From positions 348,254,001 through 348,318,000 of the forward strand of contig OZ024743.1 of NCBI GenBank assembly GCA_964016885.1: DNA of 64,000 nt, given 5' to 3'. A program made the position numbers and the translations under genes. Below are positions 25,100 through 36,883 of the stretch, piece after piece; positions within the stretch are counted from its first letter, which is position 1; each line of letters starts with the position of its first letter. The notes under the pieces are model-generated. The model searched no databases. It was not told where the DNA came from and was given only the letters and a program-made list of their open reading frames with translations. The stretch is from Eledone cirrhosa. Lineage: Eukaryota.

Positions 25100-25650
25100 G
25101 CCCCCGGATGACCGACGTCTAATTAACGGAACCAGTAAATGAATCAAAGAATCTCTATATACTTGTGTACATATTTGATGCTCGTTCACCATGCTCTCTC
25201 CCCCCTGTTGATTTTCCAATTTGCCTTGTTCTGTTATATATACTAGTATGTAATGAAACGGTATTAACCATTTCTGTATAAGTACTGCATCAATCTATGA
25301 AATTAATTTTGTTGATAATTGTCACAGATTTATCTGGGAGTAGGTTAATACCATAAGTTAGAAACGTGTTTAAGCCTAAATGCTCATCAGTCCAGTGATT
25401 TTCCTTGCATCATGAAACTGAGAGTACATGATCTTCCATTTCAAAAGTAAGCTCTAGTTGCAGCTTTTGTCACCTATTTCATAGTGGTGGTTTGCAACCA
25501 CCTGAAATAAATTACATTTTACAAGGACATAACAGGTAGTGCTATAGGAAGATCTCATCTACAAAAGTACGGTCGGTAGAACAACGATCTAATGCCCTAT
25601 GTCACTGGCAGCAGACTACACAATTAAGTTGGTACTCAGTCAGTGGTTGG
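25100..25650 (-). pseudogene. Possible highly decayed Penelope-like RT/GIY-YIG relic
   Basis: Minus strand gives RTFVDEIF (RYVDDIF-like) and later YRF...MVNEH in the expected order; weak. Confidence 0.3.
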
Positions 25651-27096
25651 TACGCGATTTATCCACTCCAATAAGATACAGAGTGAAGCCGATTCTGATG
25701 GGATATGAATTGATTATCACCGCTTTCCTCTTAATATCATCGGTTTATTACGATCAGGTTTTCATTTACCTACAGTTCGCTATGAAATATATTGCGAATG
25801 AGAGGTTTCAATTCACTTCTTCATATCATATAACGACAAATTATTCTAACTAAACGCAATTGCTGGCCCACCCAAGACTAACGTTCAACTTCTAAACATG
25901 CGCTTAACATCAGAGGCAGATGCAAAGAATTATGGGATTTTTCCTGTTCATTGAAGCGAGAAACTACATCTAAATATCCGTACACTTCATTACACCTACA
26001 TGGACACAGCAGCTATATGTTCATCTATTCAACATCAATTCCACATTAAAAATAAATTAAATTGGATGTAAATAAAACAAAATCGGATAAACAAATAAAA
26101 TGAAATAAATATATAAATAAATAAATAAAATGCTAAAATAAAGTGATCGATAAATCTGACGCAAGTATTTACGAAGAATACTTTTTAGTACTAGAGAATT
26201 TACTGGCAAATCAGAAAATCGTTTATGGTAATTATTTTATTTATTAGAAGATAGCTGTTAGTTTAGTTGATGGTGTACTGGTTAAACTGGCGATACAACA
26301 ATGTGGTTCGTATCCCATGAGGATGTAGATATCTTCCTGTGGTCATGTCATCCCGCTCTTATACAGTCCTATCAAAGTTCCAAATAAGAAGGAGGATCAG
26401 TTCATGCATGCTTTTGTGAAGAGCATCAGCAGTAACGTCGAAGTAAAAGCTATTTCGAAACCGAATCTTTTTATTATATTGTTCTTGAGAAGAGATGGGA
26501 AACATATCATTACCGTCTAACTGTTTCACCGAATGGTGAAGTTAATGTGACCAATGTACACACACACATTTGCATGTTCCTGGCTGAAACAAATATGTGG
26601 GAGCGAGAAAACAGTGAGCCTGGTCCGAATGTTTGTAACAATGTGGACTGCTATAAATATTCTGATATCATCTGATTATGTTAAACCATGTGAAATATTA
26701 TGCTTCCATGGAAATTTTTCCCAATATTCAGGTCTTTTCGATAACCTTTTTTATATTTGTGAACCTCTGCCCTCCAAAACCTGAAAATAGATATGAACCG
26801 TAGAAATGTCTTTCATATAATAGAAAATGTAAAAATAACTGTAAGAGCAGTGGGTCACTATTTGGAGAAAATTGGGTAAATTACTCTTAGAGATAGGCAA
26901 ATTAGAAAGGAGTGGTTCCTATATATTTTAGCTCGAAACAAATTATATGGAAACAGAGTTTTTAATATAACCACAGTTATGTACTGCGTTAAAATCATAC
27001 ATATATTGAAATTTCTTTCATCTCCTCGTGACCCGATAAAAAAATGTAACAGCAATTTACTAGAATCGATTCAAACAAATAAAACATTCTATTCCT

Positions 27097-27167
27097 GCAC
27101 TTTACCCTATGACTATCCAAGCACTTTACCCCATGACTATCCAAGCTCTTTACCCTATGACTATTCA
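27097..27167. repeat. 24-bp tandem repeat x3
   Basis: Unit GCACTTTACCCTATGACTATCCAA. Confidence 0.9.
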
Positions 27168-27749
27168 AATCAAAATCATTTTACACTAACAAAATATTTT
27201 GTTTTTCTTTCAGTCTCATATATTGCCAGAGTTAACTGACATTAAGTTCAATAACATTAATTGCATTCCACACCTGTAAATTGTTCTCTTGTTAAAGAAC
27301 GCATGTATTGTTATTGTTATTTTTATTCGTATTAAACAATCGACCTTCTTAATGATTAATGGTGTTTTTATAAAATCAGTACTGAAAGGAAATTAACGTA
27401 CGGATCATGAGGCTAATCTATGGGTGCAAAGATCATGATGCATTGCTATAACTGCGGTGAAATCGCGATGTAGAATGGTGTTTTAAATTGATAACTCTTG
27501 AATGTTATTATAATTGGTGTTCTTCTACATGCTGTTGTAATTGTCGCTTTTATGTTGGATATATTTTCTACTGTCCTGCTGATAATATGTAAGGTAATAT
27601 AATAATTGTAACCTTAACTCAAATGATGAGTATCACAATCAGCATCATCGTCATTATCTTTATAAATATTATCTTATATATATACAAAAAGTTTCATTAG
27701 CCACAGTTAGTGCATATTTTATCATGTTCTGAAGTTTACAAAGAAAACA

Positions 27750-29326
27750 ACAAGGACGTCTCTGTATATTCTTCTAGAAAGTGTTTCTCGGAAGCCTCTA
27801 ATTGAATCAGCAAAATTTTTCTTAAGAACGTATATTTTTATCTATTTGTGTGATTTACATGTGCGTGGGCGGTGTTAAATTTTGGAGTTTTGTGTAGTTT
27901 TTATATTTAATGCTAGTGCTCCATGAAGTTAAGTAAATTGTTGTTGTTTGGGGTTTTCTTTCTTTTTTTTTGCTGTATTGTTTTTGTAAGCTGCTTCGTT
28001 TTGTTGAATTTCACCTTGATATTGTTGCAAATGTTGGTTTGTATTTCATTGGGTTATGTGATGGTGATGGGGTTGTTGATGATGATGATGTTTTTAGCAG
28101 TGGGGCGGATGTTGATGATGATGCTAGTGACGTTGAAGTTGTGAGTTTTTTTTATGTTTATTTTTTTTAATTTCCCTCTGTTTTATTTTTCAGGCTGTAG
28201 GGTGGAGTTCGTTCTTTTTATGTAATTGTTTTCAACGCTTCATCCTCATCGCAATCCGTGAGAAATTTTGTAAAGTCGGGCATTATCTTTCCCATTTTTA
28301 ATGGAGGTGGTGGTTTTGTTGTTGCCGTTGTTGATGCTGGTGTTATTTTATTCGTTTCATCTGCGGTCGCAGCCGACTTGTTTGCTTCCAGCATGTGATC
28401 CGGCGTGGGAATGAGAAGGGGCCTAGTCATTATCTTAGTTTGTTTGGAGCAGGAGCACTTTAGGTGCATTTTCTCCCCTCAGATGTGGCACTTTGGCCTT
28501 CTACCCTCGACGGTCACGGGTATTTCTAACCTTAAAAATATTTTGCCCACTACGTTCGCACCATGGTTATCTCTTCTCTACAGTGTGGTGTGATTGATTG
28601 TGTTCTGAATTATTGACGGGTGGCAAAGAGAACATCCAGTGACTTATTTTGTCCCACGGACTATGTAGGATTTATGTGACCATACGACACCCATAACATT
28701 TTGGACTTGGTACTCGCTAACCCGTTCCTCCTTGCGCGATTTTGTACTAATTGTGCGGTAAGAAACCGTACAAAAACGTTTGTACTCCATGATGTCAGGG
28801 GGTTGAGTGAGGATGACCCCGTGTCCGCTCTTCTTTACTAACCGCTTTGCCTCTTACATTTCTTCTTGGCTGACGTGGATTCTTTCCACCTTTGTAACCG
28901 CCTTTGCGAAGGATCGGGTCGCTTTCCAGGCCACGTCATCACGACTGCTGCTGTTGTCGTGTTTGTTCCCGTTGTTGTTGTTCCTGTTGTTGCTGTGGTT
29001 GTCATTCTTGTTGCTGATTATGTCACTGTACTGATTTTTCTACTTGTATCTGTTGCACATTTTCCCCTTAATGTTGTTGTTGTTGTGTTAGTGACTGTGG
29101 TGGTGGTGCTTGCAATAGAGTTGTTGTTGTTTTTTTCAATGAAAGTGATAAAGTAGGAAAATGTTTTACGTAGTTTTCATTTTCATTTTCCTTTGCCAGT
29201 CTATTACTGTTGATGTTGTTGTTGCCGTCGGCGACGATGCCTGTGGTAGCACAATTAGTGAAAGGTCTCCCATCCTCAGGGCAAAGATGGTTGCCTGATG
29301 TTCCGTTATAAAGAAAAAAAACCAAA

Positions 29327-29330
<4 letters not shown>
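27750..29330 (-). pseudogene. Isolated decayed Tx1-like ORF1 without ORF2
   Basis: Reads SFAKAVTKVERIHVSQEEM*EAKRLVKKSG..FCTVSYRTISTK, VEGRRPKCHI*GEKMHLKCSC and FRETLSRRIYRDVL, matching ORF1 of copies B and C. Confidence 0.85.
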
Positions 29331-29353
<23 letters not shown>

Positions 29354-29357
<4 letters not shown>

Positions 29358-29814
29358 ATAAAGTAAGGAGTGCGGGACTGCGGACGGTTTATTTATTTTA
29401 ATCCAGTTAGTAAAATAAGTTGGATTACTTCCAATAAATAATGAATGAATATGACATGATTTATCTACTAAATTTCGTAGCTGTTGATTAAATATATTTC
29501 GTTACTTATTTAAATATACACTTCTTTAACATTTTCAAAATGCCAAAACTTCCGGTTCCGCTTATATAAACATTCATATATTTCCATCACTAATTTTCTC
29601 CTAATGCCATTTATATATAATATCGTCTTGTTTAATGTATCATGGATTACATAAGAGAGTGTAACGCAGTCTTCCTTCAATTTCTGTGTATATTGTCAAT
29701 TACGATTTTATTTCATGTATCATATCTGCATGCATATATACTTGCGTATAATATCAAGATGCACACTACACATGTTAGCAGAAAACCACCCTTCGTGCGT
29801 TTTTTTCTGCTAGT
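29354..29814 (+). mobile_element. Non-autonomous Helitron-like repeat
   Basis: Inverted homolog at 48033-48510; ends in a TAGCAGAAAA/TTTTCTGCTA hairpin and CTAGT; no TIR or TSD seen. Confidence 0.6.
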
Positions 29815-29890
29815 ATATATAATAATTCAAACAACTTAAATTTACGAACCTTTTCTCCCATAGAAGTGTACGTGATCCGCTTTAGCCGCT

Positions 29891-29932
<42 letters not shown>

Positions 29933-29934
<2 letters not shown>

Positions 29935-32390
29935 TACAGCTCACCTTGAGGAACAAATATGGGAAAATATAACAATTGAACAGTTGCGCTTGGCTCTAAG
30001 AAAAACCAGCAAATGGAAATCCCCAGGAAAAGACAAAATACAAAATTTTTGGATAAATGCCTTCACAGAGTCTCATGAGCTCTTAGCCCAACTTTACAAT
30101 GAAATAGTTAAGGAGCTAGTTAACGGCATTACATTCCTGCTTCCGAAGAATGGTGAGACAAACAATCCCAAAAATTACAGACCGATAACTTGCTTGACCA
30201 CAATGTATAAAATGTTAACATCAGTCCTAACTGAATACACATATGACCACCTGATAACAAATGACCTATTTCCCATTGAACAGAAAGTGTGTAAACGAGG
30301 CTCGTATGGCTGTAAGGATCAGCTTTTGGTTAACAAAATGATACTGGAAGATTGTCATAATAGACACAAAAATCTATCGATTGCTTGGATAGATTATAAA
30401 AAAGCATTCGATAGTTTGCCACACAGTTGGATTGAAAAATGTTTAGAGATTTTCAAAATATCCCCCGTTGTCAGGAGGTTTTTGTCATTCAGTATGAAGA
30501 CATGGAAAACGACACTCCTTTTGAATAGTGAAACAAAATCACTAGAAGCTGGAGAAGTTAATATTAATTGTGGAATTTTTCAGGGTGACTCTTTATCACC
30601 GCTTTTATTCTGCATCGCACTTATACCATTAAGTAAAATGCTCAATGAAACAAGACATGGATATAAAGTCTATGACAAAACCATTAATCACTTGTTCTAC
30701 ATGGATGACCTGAAACTATTTGCAAAAAATGATGAACAATTGCAAGGACTATTATCCACTGTGGAGTAGTTCAGTGATGACATTAAAATGGAGTTTGGAC
30801 TAGATAAATGCGCCAAAGCAACGTTCACCAGAGGAAAGCTGCTGAAGATTTCAGACATTAATCTTGATAGGGGGAACGTGATAAGAGAACTTGATCAAGA
30901 AAAAATTTACAAATATCTAGGTGTTGGTGAAGGAGACCGAATCAAGCAATCAACAATGAGGGAAAGGATAAGGAAGGAATGTTACCGCAGAGTAAGAGCA
31001 ATCTTAAGAACGGAATTGAATGCAAGGAATAGGATCGATGCCATAAACACACTTGCCATACCAGTAGTAACCTACAGTTACAATGTCATCAACTGGTCAA
31101 GCACAGAGATCCGTAGGCTCGATACAAAATTCGAAAATTCTTAACCATGCACAGAATGCATCACCCTAAGGCAGATATAGATAGAATATATCTCCCTAGG
31201 AAAGAAGGAGGGCGTGGGTTAATCCAGTTAGACATTGCGTTGAAAACTGCAACAATTGGATTATCTACATATCTAAGGGAATCACATGATTGGATGATCA
31301 AACTCGTTTTGAAACACAAAAGCATCAAAAGATCATATTCCATTACAAAAGATGCACAAAGATACAGTAATGGACTACAAATTTCGGAAGTCCCATTTAC
31401 TGCTGAAATGGAAAACACAGAAAAAGCAAAGCAGGTAAAAGTAACTGCAAAGAAAGAACTGCTACAGAAACTGGTTAAGAAATGGCAAGAAAATCCTCTG
31501 TATGGAAAATACCCAGAGCGAGCTAACAATCCTGATGTTGACAAAACTTTAACCCATCAGTGGTTGGCATCCTCTGGACTGAAATCGGAGACTGAAGGAC
31601 TGATTATATCAGCACAAGATCAGTGTCTGCCAACAAAAAATTACCAAGCCAACATAATAAAAAATGGATGCAGCCCATTATGCCGTGTATGCAAAAAACA
31701 ACCAGAGACCATTGACCATATAATTTCAATGTGCAGTCCTTTAGCTCCAACCGAATACCGAAACAGGCATGACAGAGCTGCACAATACATACATTGGATA
31801 ATGTGTAAGCATTTTGACCTGCCCCATCAAAAGAATTGGTGGGAGCATCAACCACCTCCCATACTTGAAAAAGATCCCATTTCACTCTTGTGGAACTTTA
31901 GCATCCAAACAGACCGAAAAATAGACGCAAATAGACCTGATATAATATTGAAGGACTTTAGAATGTGGGTATGCCTGCTAATTGATATGTCTGTTCCAAT
32001 AGACAAGAATGTATCTATAAAAACATTTGAAAAATTGAGCCAATATAAGGAACAGGAGATAGAAATTGGAAAAATGTGGAAATTGAGAACTAAAACAATA
32101 CCAGTGGTTGTAGGCGCTCTGGGAATGATACCTAAGGTGTCTAATGATTACATATCGCAAATCCCAGGAAAGCCGCGTATAAGAGAAATACAAAAGATAT
32201 TACTAATGGGAACTGCCCATATACTAAGGAAGATTCTGTCAATATAAGTACATCACAAGTCTAAACACTAAAGATGCATGTGTGAGTATGTATGTTCTTT
32301 CTTGAACATGGCGGACCTTGTTGTCTCTTGAGGTCACTGGTTGTGACTTCGTGATAACTCGTATGAACATAAAGCAAGATAAATGCAACT

Positions 32391-32392
<2 letters not shown>
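29933..32392 (+). mobile_element. 5'-truncated R4/Dong-like RLE retrotransposon, family X
   Basis: (AAT)n at 29894-29932 and 32393-32425; 3'UTR recurs inverted at 62048 and 62259. Confidence 0.92.
29984..32247 (+). pseudogene. RT + CCHC + restriction-like endonuclease ORF with a stop and a frameshift
   Basis: NYRPITCL, DYKKAFDS, GIFQGDSLSP, YMDD, KYLG, CRVC..HIISMC, RHD, RPD..D; stop at 30769, shift near 31140. Confidence 0.92.
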
Positions 32393-32425
<33 letters not shown>

Positions 32426-33335
32426 CAGAACTGTACTGAAGGAGGGGACAATAGGCCAGGGGATGTCCAAGGAGGAAATAACATCAAGGAGAAAGAGCAG
32501 CCTTCAGGAAAAATCCCTTCATAGTACCTTCTTTGAGAAAACTGAATTTAGAGATCCACAGACATGGAACTGGTTGAGAAGAGGAGACCTTAAAAAGGCT
32601 ACAGAAGGAATGTTAATGGCTGCGCAGGAGCAGGCCCTCAAAACGAAGTGGTTGAAACACCATATTTACAAGGAGGAGGCTAGCCCACTGTGCAGGATCT
32701 GTGGAGAGAGAGGAGACTGTGGCTCACGTTGTATCCGAGTGTAAACACCTAGCCCAGACCCACTATAAGGGCTGGAGACATGATGTGATTGGCAGGGTGA
32801 TCCACTGGCACCTGTGCAAAGTAAAGAATTTACCACATTCTGAGAAATGGTATGAGCATAAGCCAGAGGCGGTGATAGAGAACGATCAGGTGAAGGTGCT
32901 GTGGGATTTTAGGATACAGACGGACAAGAAACTGGAACACAATAGACCTGACCTGGTGGTTGTGGACAAAGAAAAAAGATCGTGTCTGATTGTGCATGTG
33001 GCCTGCCCATTCGACACGAGAGTGCAAGAGAAGGAGAGGGAGAACATTAACCGATACCAGGACGTAAAGTGGGAGGTAAAAAGGATTTGGAACTGCCATG
33101 AAGTCAAAGTGATCCCGATTGTCATAGGCGCACTGGGGACTATCTCCAAAAGTTTCCAGGGTTGGTTAACGAAAATCGGCCCCTTCACGCTTTTTGGAAC
33201 GCTTCAAAAGGCATGCTTGCTGGGAACAGCAAGAACCCTCCGATACGTCCTGAATATCTGAGGCTGCAGGTAGTGGCTTGATATTCATTCCAACGGACTT
33301 TCCAGTTAACTAACATCAATGACTGAGACTCAAGG
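32426..33335 (+). mobile_element. 5'-truncated R4/Dong-like element, family Y
   Basis: Near-identical to 35772-36683; frameshift in the GA run near 32710. Confidence 0.93.
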
Positions 33336-33341
33336 AATAAC

Positions 33342-33419
<78 letters not shown>

Positions 33420-33420
33420 T

Positions 33421-36400
33421 AGACGGATGCATAACATCTGGAACGAGATTGGTTTATTTAAATTAGATGAACAAAAATTGGCCGGGCAGGCTCGGGTAAT
33501 AAGAACTAATGGGTGGATAAGCGAGCTGGAACTGGAGGAACTGAGCAGAGAGAATGGCTTGGAGATGGCGGGTGTAGTATGCCAGACAAGCGAGCCGGCG
33601 GGAAATGAAGGTGAGGAGGTCCTGAGAGCGAAGGAACCACCCGAAGCAGACAATGATCTGAATACTGAGATAAATAATACCTGGAACAGAGATACGGCCA
33701 CTGAGGAGATGAATGCTGACGGGCTAGGACAAGATTCGGTTGACATCCTAAATTTAGTGGTAGATGAGTTGAACAATGATAGTGGGAGACCTATGAACCT
33801 AAGATTTGTAGACAGGAAAAAGTTAAAAGAAACAACAGCTAAGGTAAACAAAGTCATCCCATACCTTGAGGCGAGGAGTCTTCACCAGTGCAACAATATC
33901 CTCAAAGCAACAGCAAATACGGTGAGGAAACTACTTGGTATAAAAGCGAGAGGAAACAACAGACAAGAAAGAGCAGAGCCGTGGTGGAAGAAGCGACTGA
34001 GTGGGCAAATCGGGGAAATGAGAAATGACATAGGAAAGCTTGAGTCACTACTGAATGGGACACTAAAAAACATAGGCACTAAAAATAGACTGGAAATAAA
34101 ATACAAAACTAGGAGTAAAAAGCTAAATATTATCATAGAGGAATTGAAGCAACGCATTGTAGCAAAGAGTGCCAAAATCAGGCGATACGAGAACAGAGTC
34201 AGTCAGTATAAACAGAACCGCATGTTCGACAACAACCAGAAGATGCTGTTTGGACAGCTTGAGGGGAAAGAAAGAGGCACCGACTTGATCCCTGGGGCGG
34301 AACAAGCTAAAACATTCTGGAGAGGAATATGGGAGCAGGATGTTAGACACAATGCCCAGGCAGGGTGGATTGAGACAGTACAGAGGGAGATCGGTGAGCA
34401 GGCACAGCAACAGACTGATTTGAGTATCACAGTTGAAACTCTTAAGGGGCAAGCCAAAAAACTAACCAACTGGAAATCACCAGGCCCAGATGGTGTGCAG
34501 GGGTATTGGATTAAACATTTAACATCCCTCCACCCGAAGCTGACGGCCATGTTCAATGACTGCTTGGTGTCGGGTGAGGTGCCAGAGTGGTTGACAAAAG
34601 GTACCACAGTTCTGATAATGAAAGACCAAATCAAGGGTAATGATGTCACCAACTATAGACCTATCACATGTCTGCCCGTAATGTGGAAACTGTTGACGAG
34701 CATTGTGTCTGAGGAAATCTACCATCACCTCCACACAAACAACTTGTTGCCGGACGAACAGAAAGGATGCCGAAAGAAGTCACGTGGTACAAAGGACCAG
34801 TTGCTTATTGATAAGATGGTAATGGGGAATTGCAGGAGGAGACACACTGATCTTGCCATGGGATGGATAGACTACAGAAAGGCATTTGACATGGTGCCTC
34901 ATTCCTGGATCACCAAAAGCCTGGAGATCTTCAGGGTGGCAGATAACATCAGACAGTTGCTGGGCAGGAGTATGGGGTCCTGGGAGACAGAGTTGACATC
35001 AACTGGAGTATCCTTGGGAAGCGTGAAGATCAAGAGAGGTATCTTCCAGGGAGATAGCCTGTCCCCTCTGTTGTTTGTCCTTGCCCTGATGCCCTTGACC
35101 ATTATGCTGCGAAAAGTGAGAGCAGGATACAAGTTGGGAAGGGGAGAGCTTACCATCAATCACCTCCTCTTCATGGACGACCTTAAGCTCTTCGGGAAAA
35201 GTGAGAAGGAGTTGGATGTGCTTGTTGACACTGTCCGTATTTTCAGCAGTGATATATGTATGCAGTTTGGTATTGGTAAATGTGGAGTCATTGTGATGAG
35301 GAGGGGTAGGTTGAGCAGAAGTAACGGGATCCAGATACCAACAGGTGAGATGATAAAGGAAATTGACTCTGAGGAAGGATACAAGTATTTGGGCGTTCTG
35401 GAGGCTGATGGCATAAAGAACAAAAAAATGAAGGAATTGTTAAGAACTGAATACATTCGGAGAGTAAGGAGCGTATTGAAGTCACATCTGAACAGCAGAA
35501 ATGCCATAAGCGCAGTAAATTCCCGAGCTGTGTCTATTATTAGGTACAGTGCGGGAATTCTGAGATGGAATGTTGCTGAACAAAAAGAAATGGATAGGAA
35601 GACTAGGAAGCTATTGACTATCTACAACATGTTCCACAAGAGGAGTGATGTCGATAGACTCTACCTAAGGAGATCTGAGGGTGGAAGAGGTCTTATCAGC
35701 ATAGAGGACTGTGTTCAGATGGAGAAAAACAACCTATACAAATACGTGACCTATAGTAAGGAGCCAATGCTCAGAGCTGTACTGAAGGAGGGGACAGTAG
35801 GCCAGGGGATACCCAAGGAGGAAATAACATCAAGGAGGAAGAGCAGCCTTAAGGGAAAATCCCTTCATAGTACCTTCTTTGAGAAAACTGAATTTAGAGA
35901 TCCACAGACATGGAACTGGTTGAGAAGAGGAGACCTCAAAAAGGCTACAGAAGGAATGCTAATGGCTGCGCAGGAGCAGGCCCTCAAAACGAAGTGGTTG
36001 AAGCACCATATCTACAAGGAGGAGGCTAGCCCACTGTGCAGGATCTGTGGAGAGAGAGAGGAGACTGTGGCTCACATTGTGTCCGAGTGTAAACACCTAG
36101 CCCAGACCCACTATAAGGGCTGGAGACACGATGTGATGGGCAGGGTGATCCACTGGCACCTGTGCAAAGTAAACAATCTACCACATTCTGAGAAATGGTA
36201 TGAGCATAGGCCAGAGGCGGTGATGGAGAACAATCAGGTGAAGGTGCTGTGGGATTTTAGGATACAGACGGACAAAAAACTGGAACACAATAGACCTGAC
36301 CTGGTGGTTGTGGACAAAGAAAAAAGATCGTGCCTGATTGTGGATGTGGCCTGCCCGTTCGACACGAGAGTGCAAGAGAAGGAGAGGGAGAAAATTAACC

Positions 36401-36683
36401 GATACCAGGACCTAAAGTGGGAGGTGAAAAGGATTTGGAACTGCCATGAAGTCAAAGTGATCCCGATTGTCATAGGCGCACTGGGGACTATCTCCAAAGG
36501 TTTCCAGGGATGGTTAAAGAAAATCGGCCCCTTCACGCTTTTTGGAACGCTTCAAAAGGCATGCTTGCTTGGAACGGCAAGAACCCTCCGATACGTCCTG
36601 AATATCTGAGGCTGCAGGTAGTGGCTTGATATTCAATCCAACGGACTTTCCAGTTAACCAACATCAATGACTGAGATTCAAGG
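33421..36683 (+). mobile_element. Near full-length R4/Dong-like element, family Y
   Basis: Between (AAT)n tracts at 33336-33420 and 36684-36723. Confidence 0.95.
33427..36609 (+). CDS. Uninterrupted RT-CCHC-RLE polyprotein (~1060 aa; N-terminus probably clipped)
   Basis: KSPGPDG, NYRPITCL, DYRKAFD, GIFQGDSLSP, FMDD, YKYLG, CRIC..HIVSEC, RHD, RPD..DVA..K..RY; no stops. Confidence 0.93.
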   Translation: MHNIWNEIGLFKLDEQKLAGQARVIRTNGWISELELEELSRENGLEMAGVVCQTSEPAGNEGEEVLRAKEPPEADNDLNTEINNTWNRDTATEEMNADGLGQDSVDILNLVVDELNNDSGRPMNLRFVDRKKLKETTAKVNKVIPYLEARSLHQCNNILKATANTVRKLLGIKARGNNRQERAEPWWKKRLSGQIGEMRNDIGKLESLLNGTLKNIGTKNRLEIKYKTRSKKLNIIIEELKQRIVAKSAKIRRYENRVSQYKQNRMFDNNQKMLFGQLEGKERGTDLIPGAEQAKTFWRGIWEQDVRHNAQAGWIETVQREIGEQAQQQTDLSITVETLKGQAKKLTNWKSPGPDGVQGYWIKHLTSLHPKLTAMFNDCLVSGEVPEWLTKGTTVLIMKDQIKGNDVTNYRPITCLPVMWKLLTSIVSEEIYHHLHTNNLLPDEQKGCRKKSRGTKDQLLIDKMVMGNCRRRHTDLAMGWIDYRKAFDMVPHSWITKSLEIFRVADNIRQLLGRSMGSWETELTSTGVSLGSVKIKRGIFQGDSLSPLLFVLALMPLTIMLRKVRAGYKLGRGELTINHLLFMDDLKLFGKSEKELDVLVDTVRIFSSDICMQFGIGKCGVIVMRRGRLSRSNGIQIPTGEMIKEIDSEEGYKYLGVLEADGIKNKKMKELLRTEYIRRVRSVLKSHLNSRNAISAVNSRAVSIIRYSAGILRWNVAEQKEMDRKTRKLLTIYNMFHKRSDVDRLYLRRSEGGRGLISIEDCVQMEKNNLYKYVTYSKEPMLRAVLKEGTVGQGIPKEEITSRRKSSLKGKSLHSTFFEKTEFRDPQTWNWLRRGDLKKATEGMLMAAQEQALKTKWLKHHIYKEEASPLCRICGEREETVAHIVSECKHLAQTHYKGWRHDVMGRVIHWHLCKVNNLPHSEKWYEHRPEAVMENNQVKVLWDFRIQTDKKLEHNRPDLVVVDKEKRSCLIVDVACPFDTRVQEKEREKINRYQDLKWEVKRIWNCHEVKVIPIVIGALGTISKGFQGWLKKIGPFTLFGTLQKACLLGTARTLRYVLNI

Positions 36684-36723
36684 AATAACAATAACAATAA
36701 TAATAATAATAATAATAATAATA

Positions 36724-36883
36724 CATAATCACAAACATCAGCATTATCATCATCATCATCATAATCATCATCATCATCATCATCACCATCATAAGCATCA
36801 CGATCATCTCCATCATCATCACCATCATAAGCAACATGATCATATCCATCACGTTCATCATCAGCATCATCATTATCAACATC
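36724..36883. repeat. Degenerate (CAT)n microsatellite
   Basis: Source of poly-His/poly-Met ORFs. Confidence 0.9.

Noticed and set aside
27097-27167. CRISPR-like array
   Set aside because: Contiguous units with no spacers, eukaryotic context, no cas genes.
33330-35507. Antisense ORFs over Dong and Tx1 coding regions
   Set aside because: Shadow frames without recognisable motifs.
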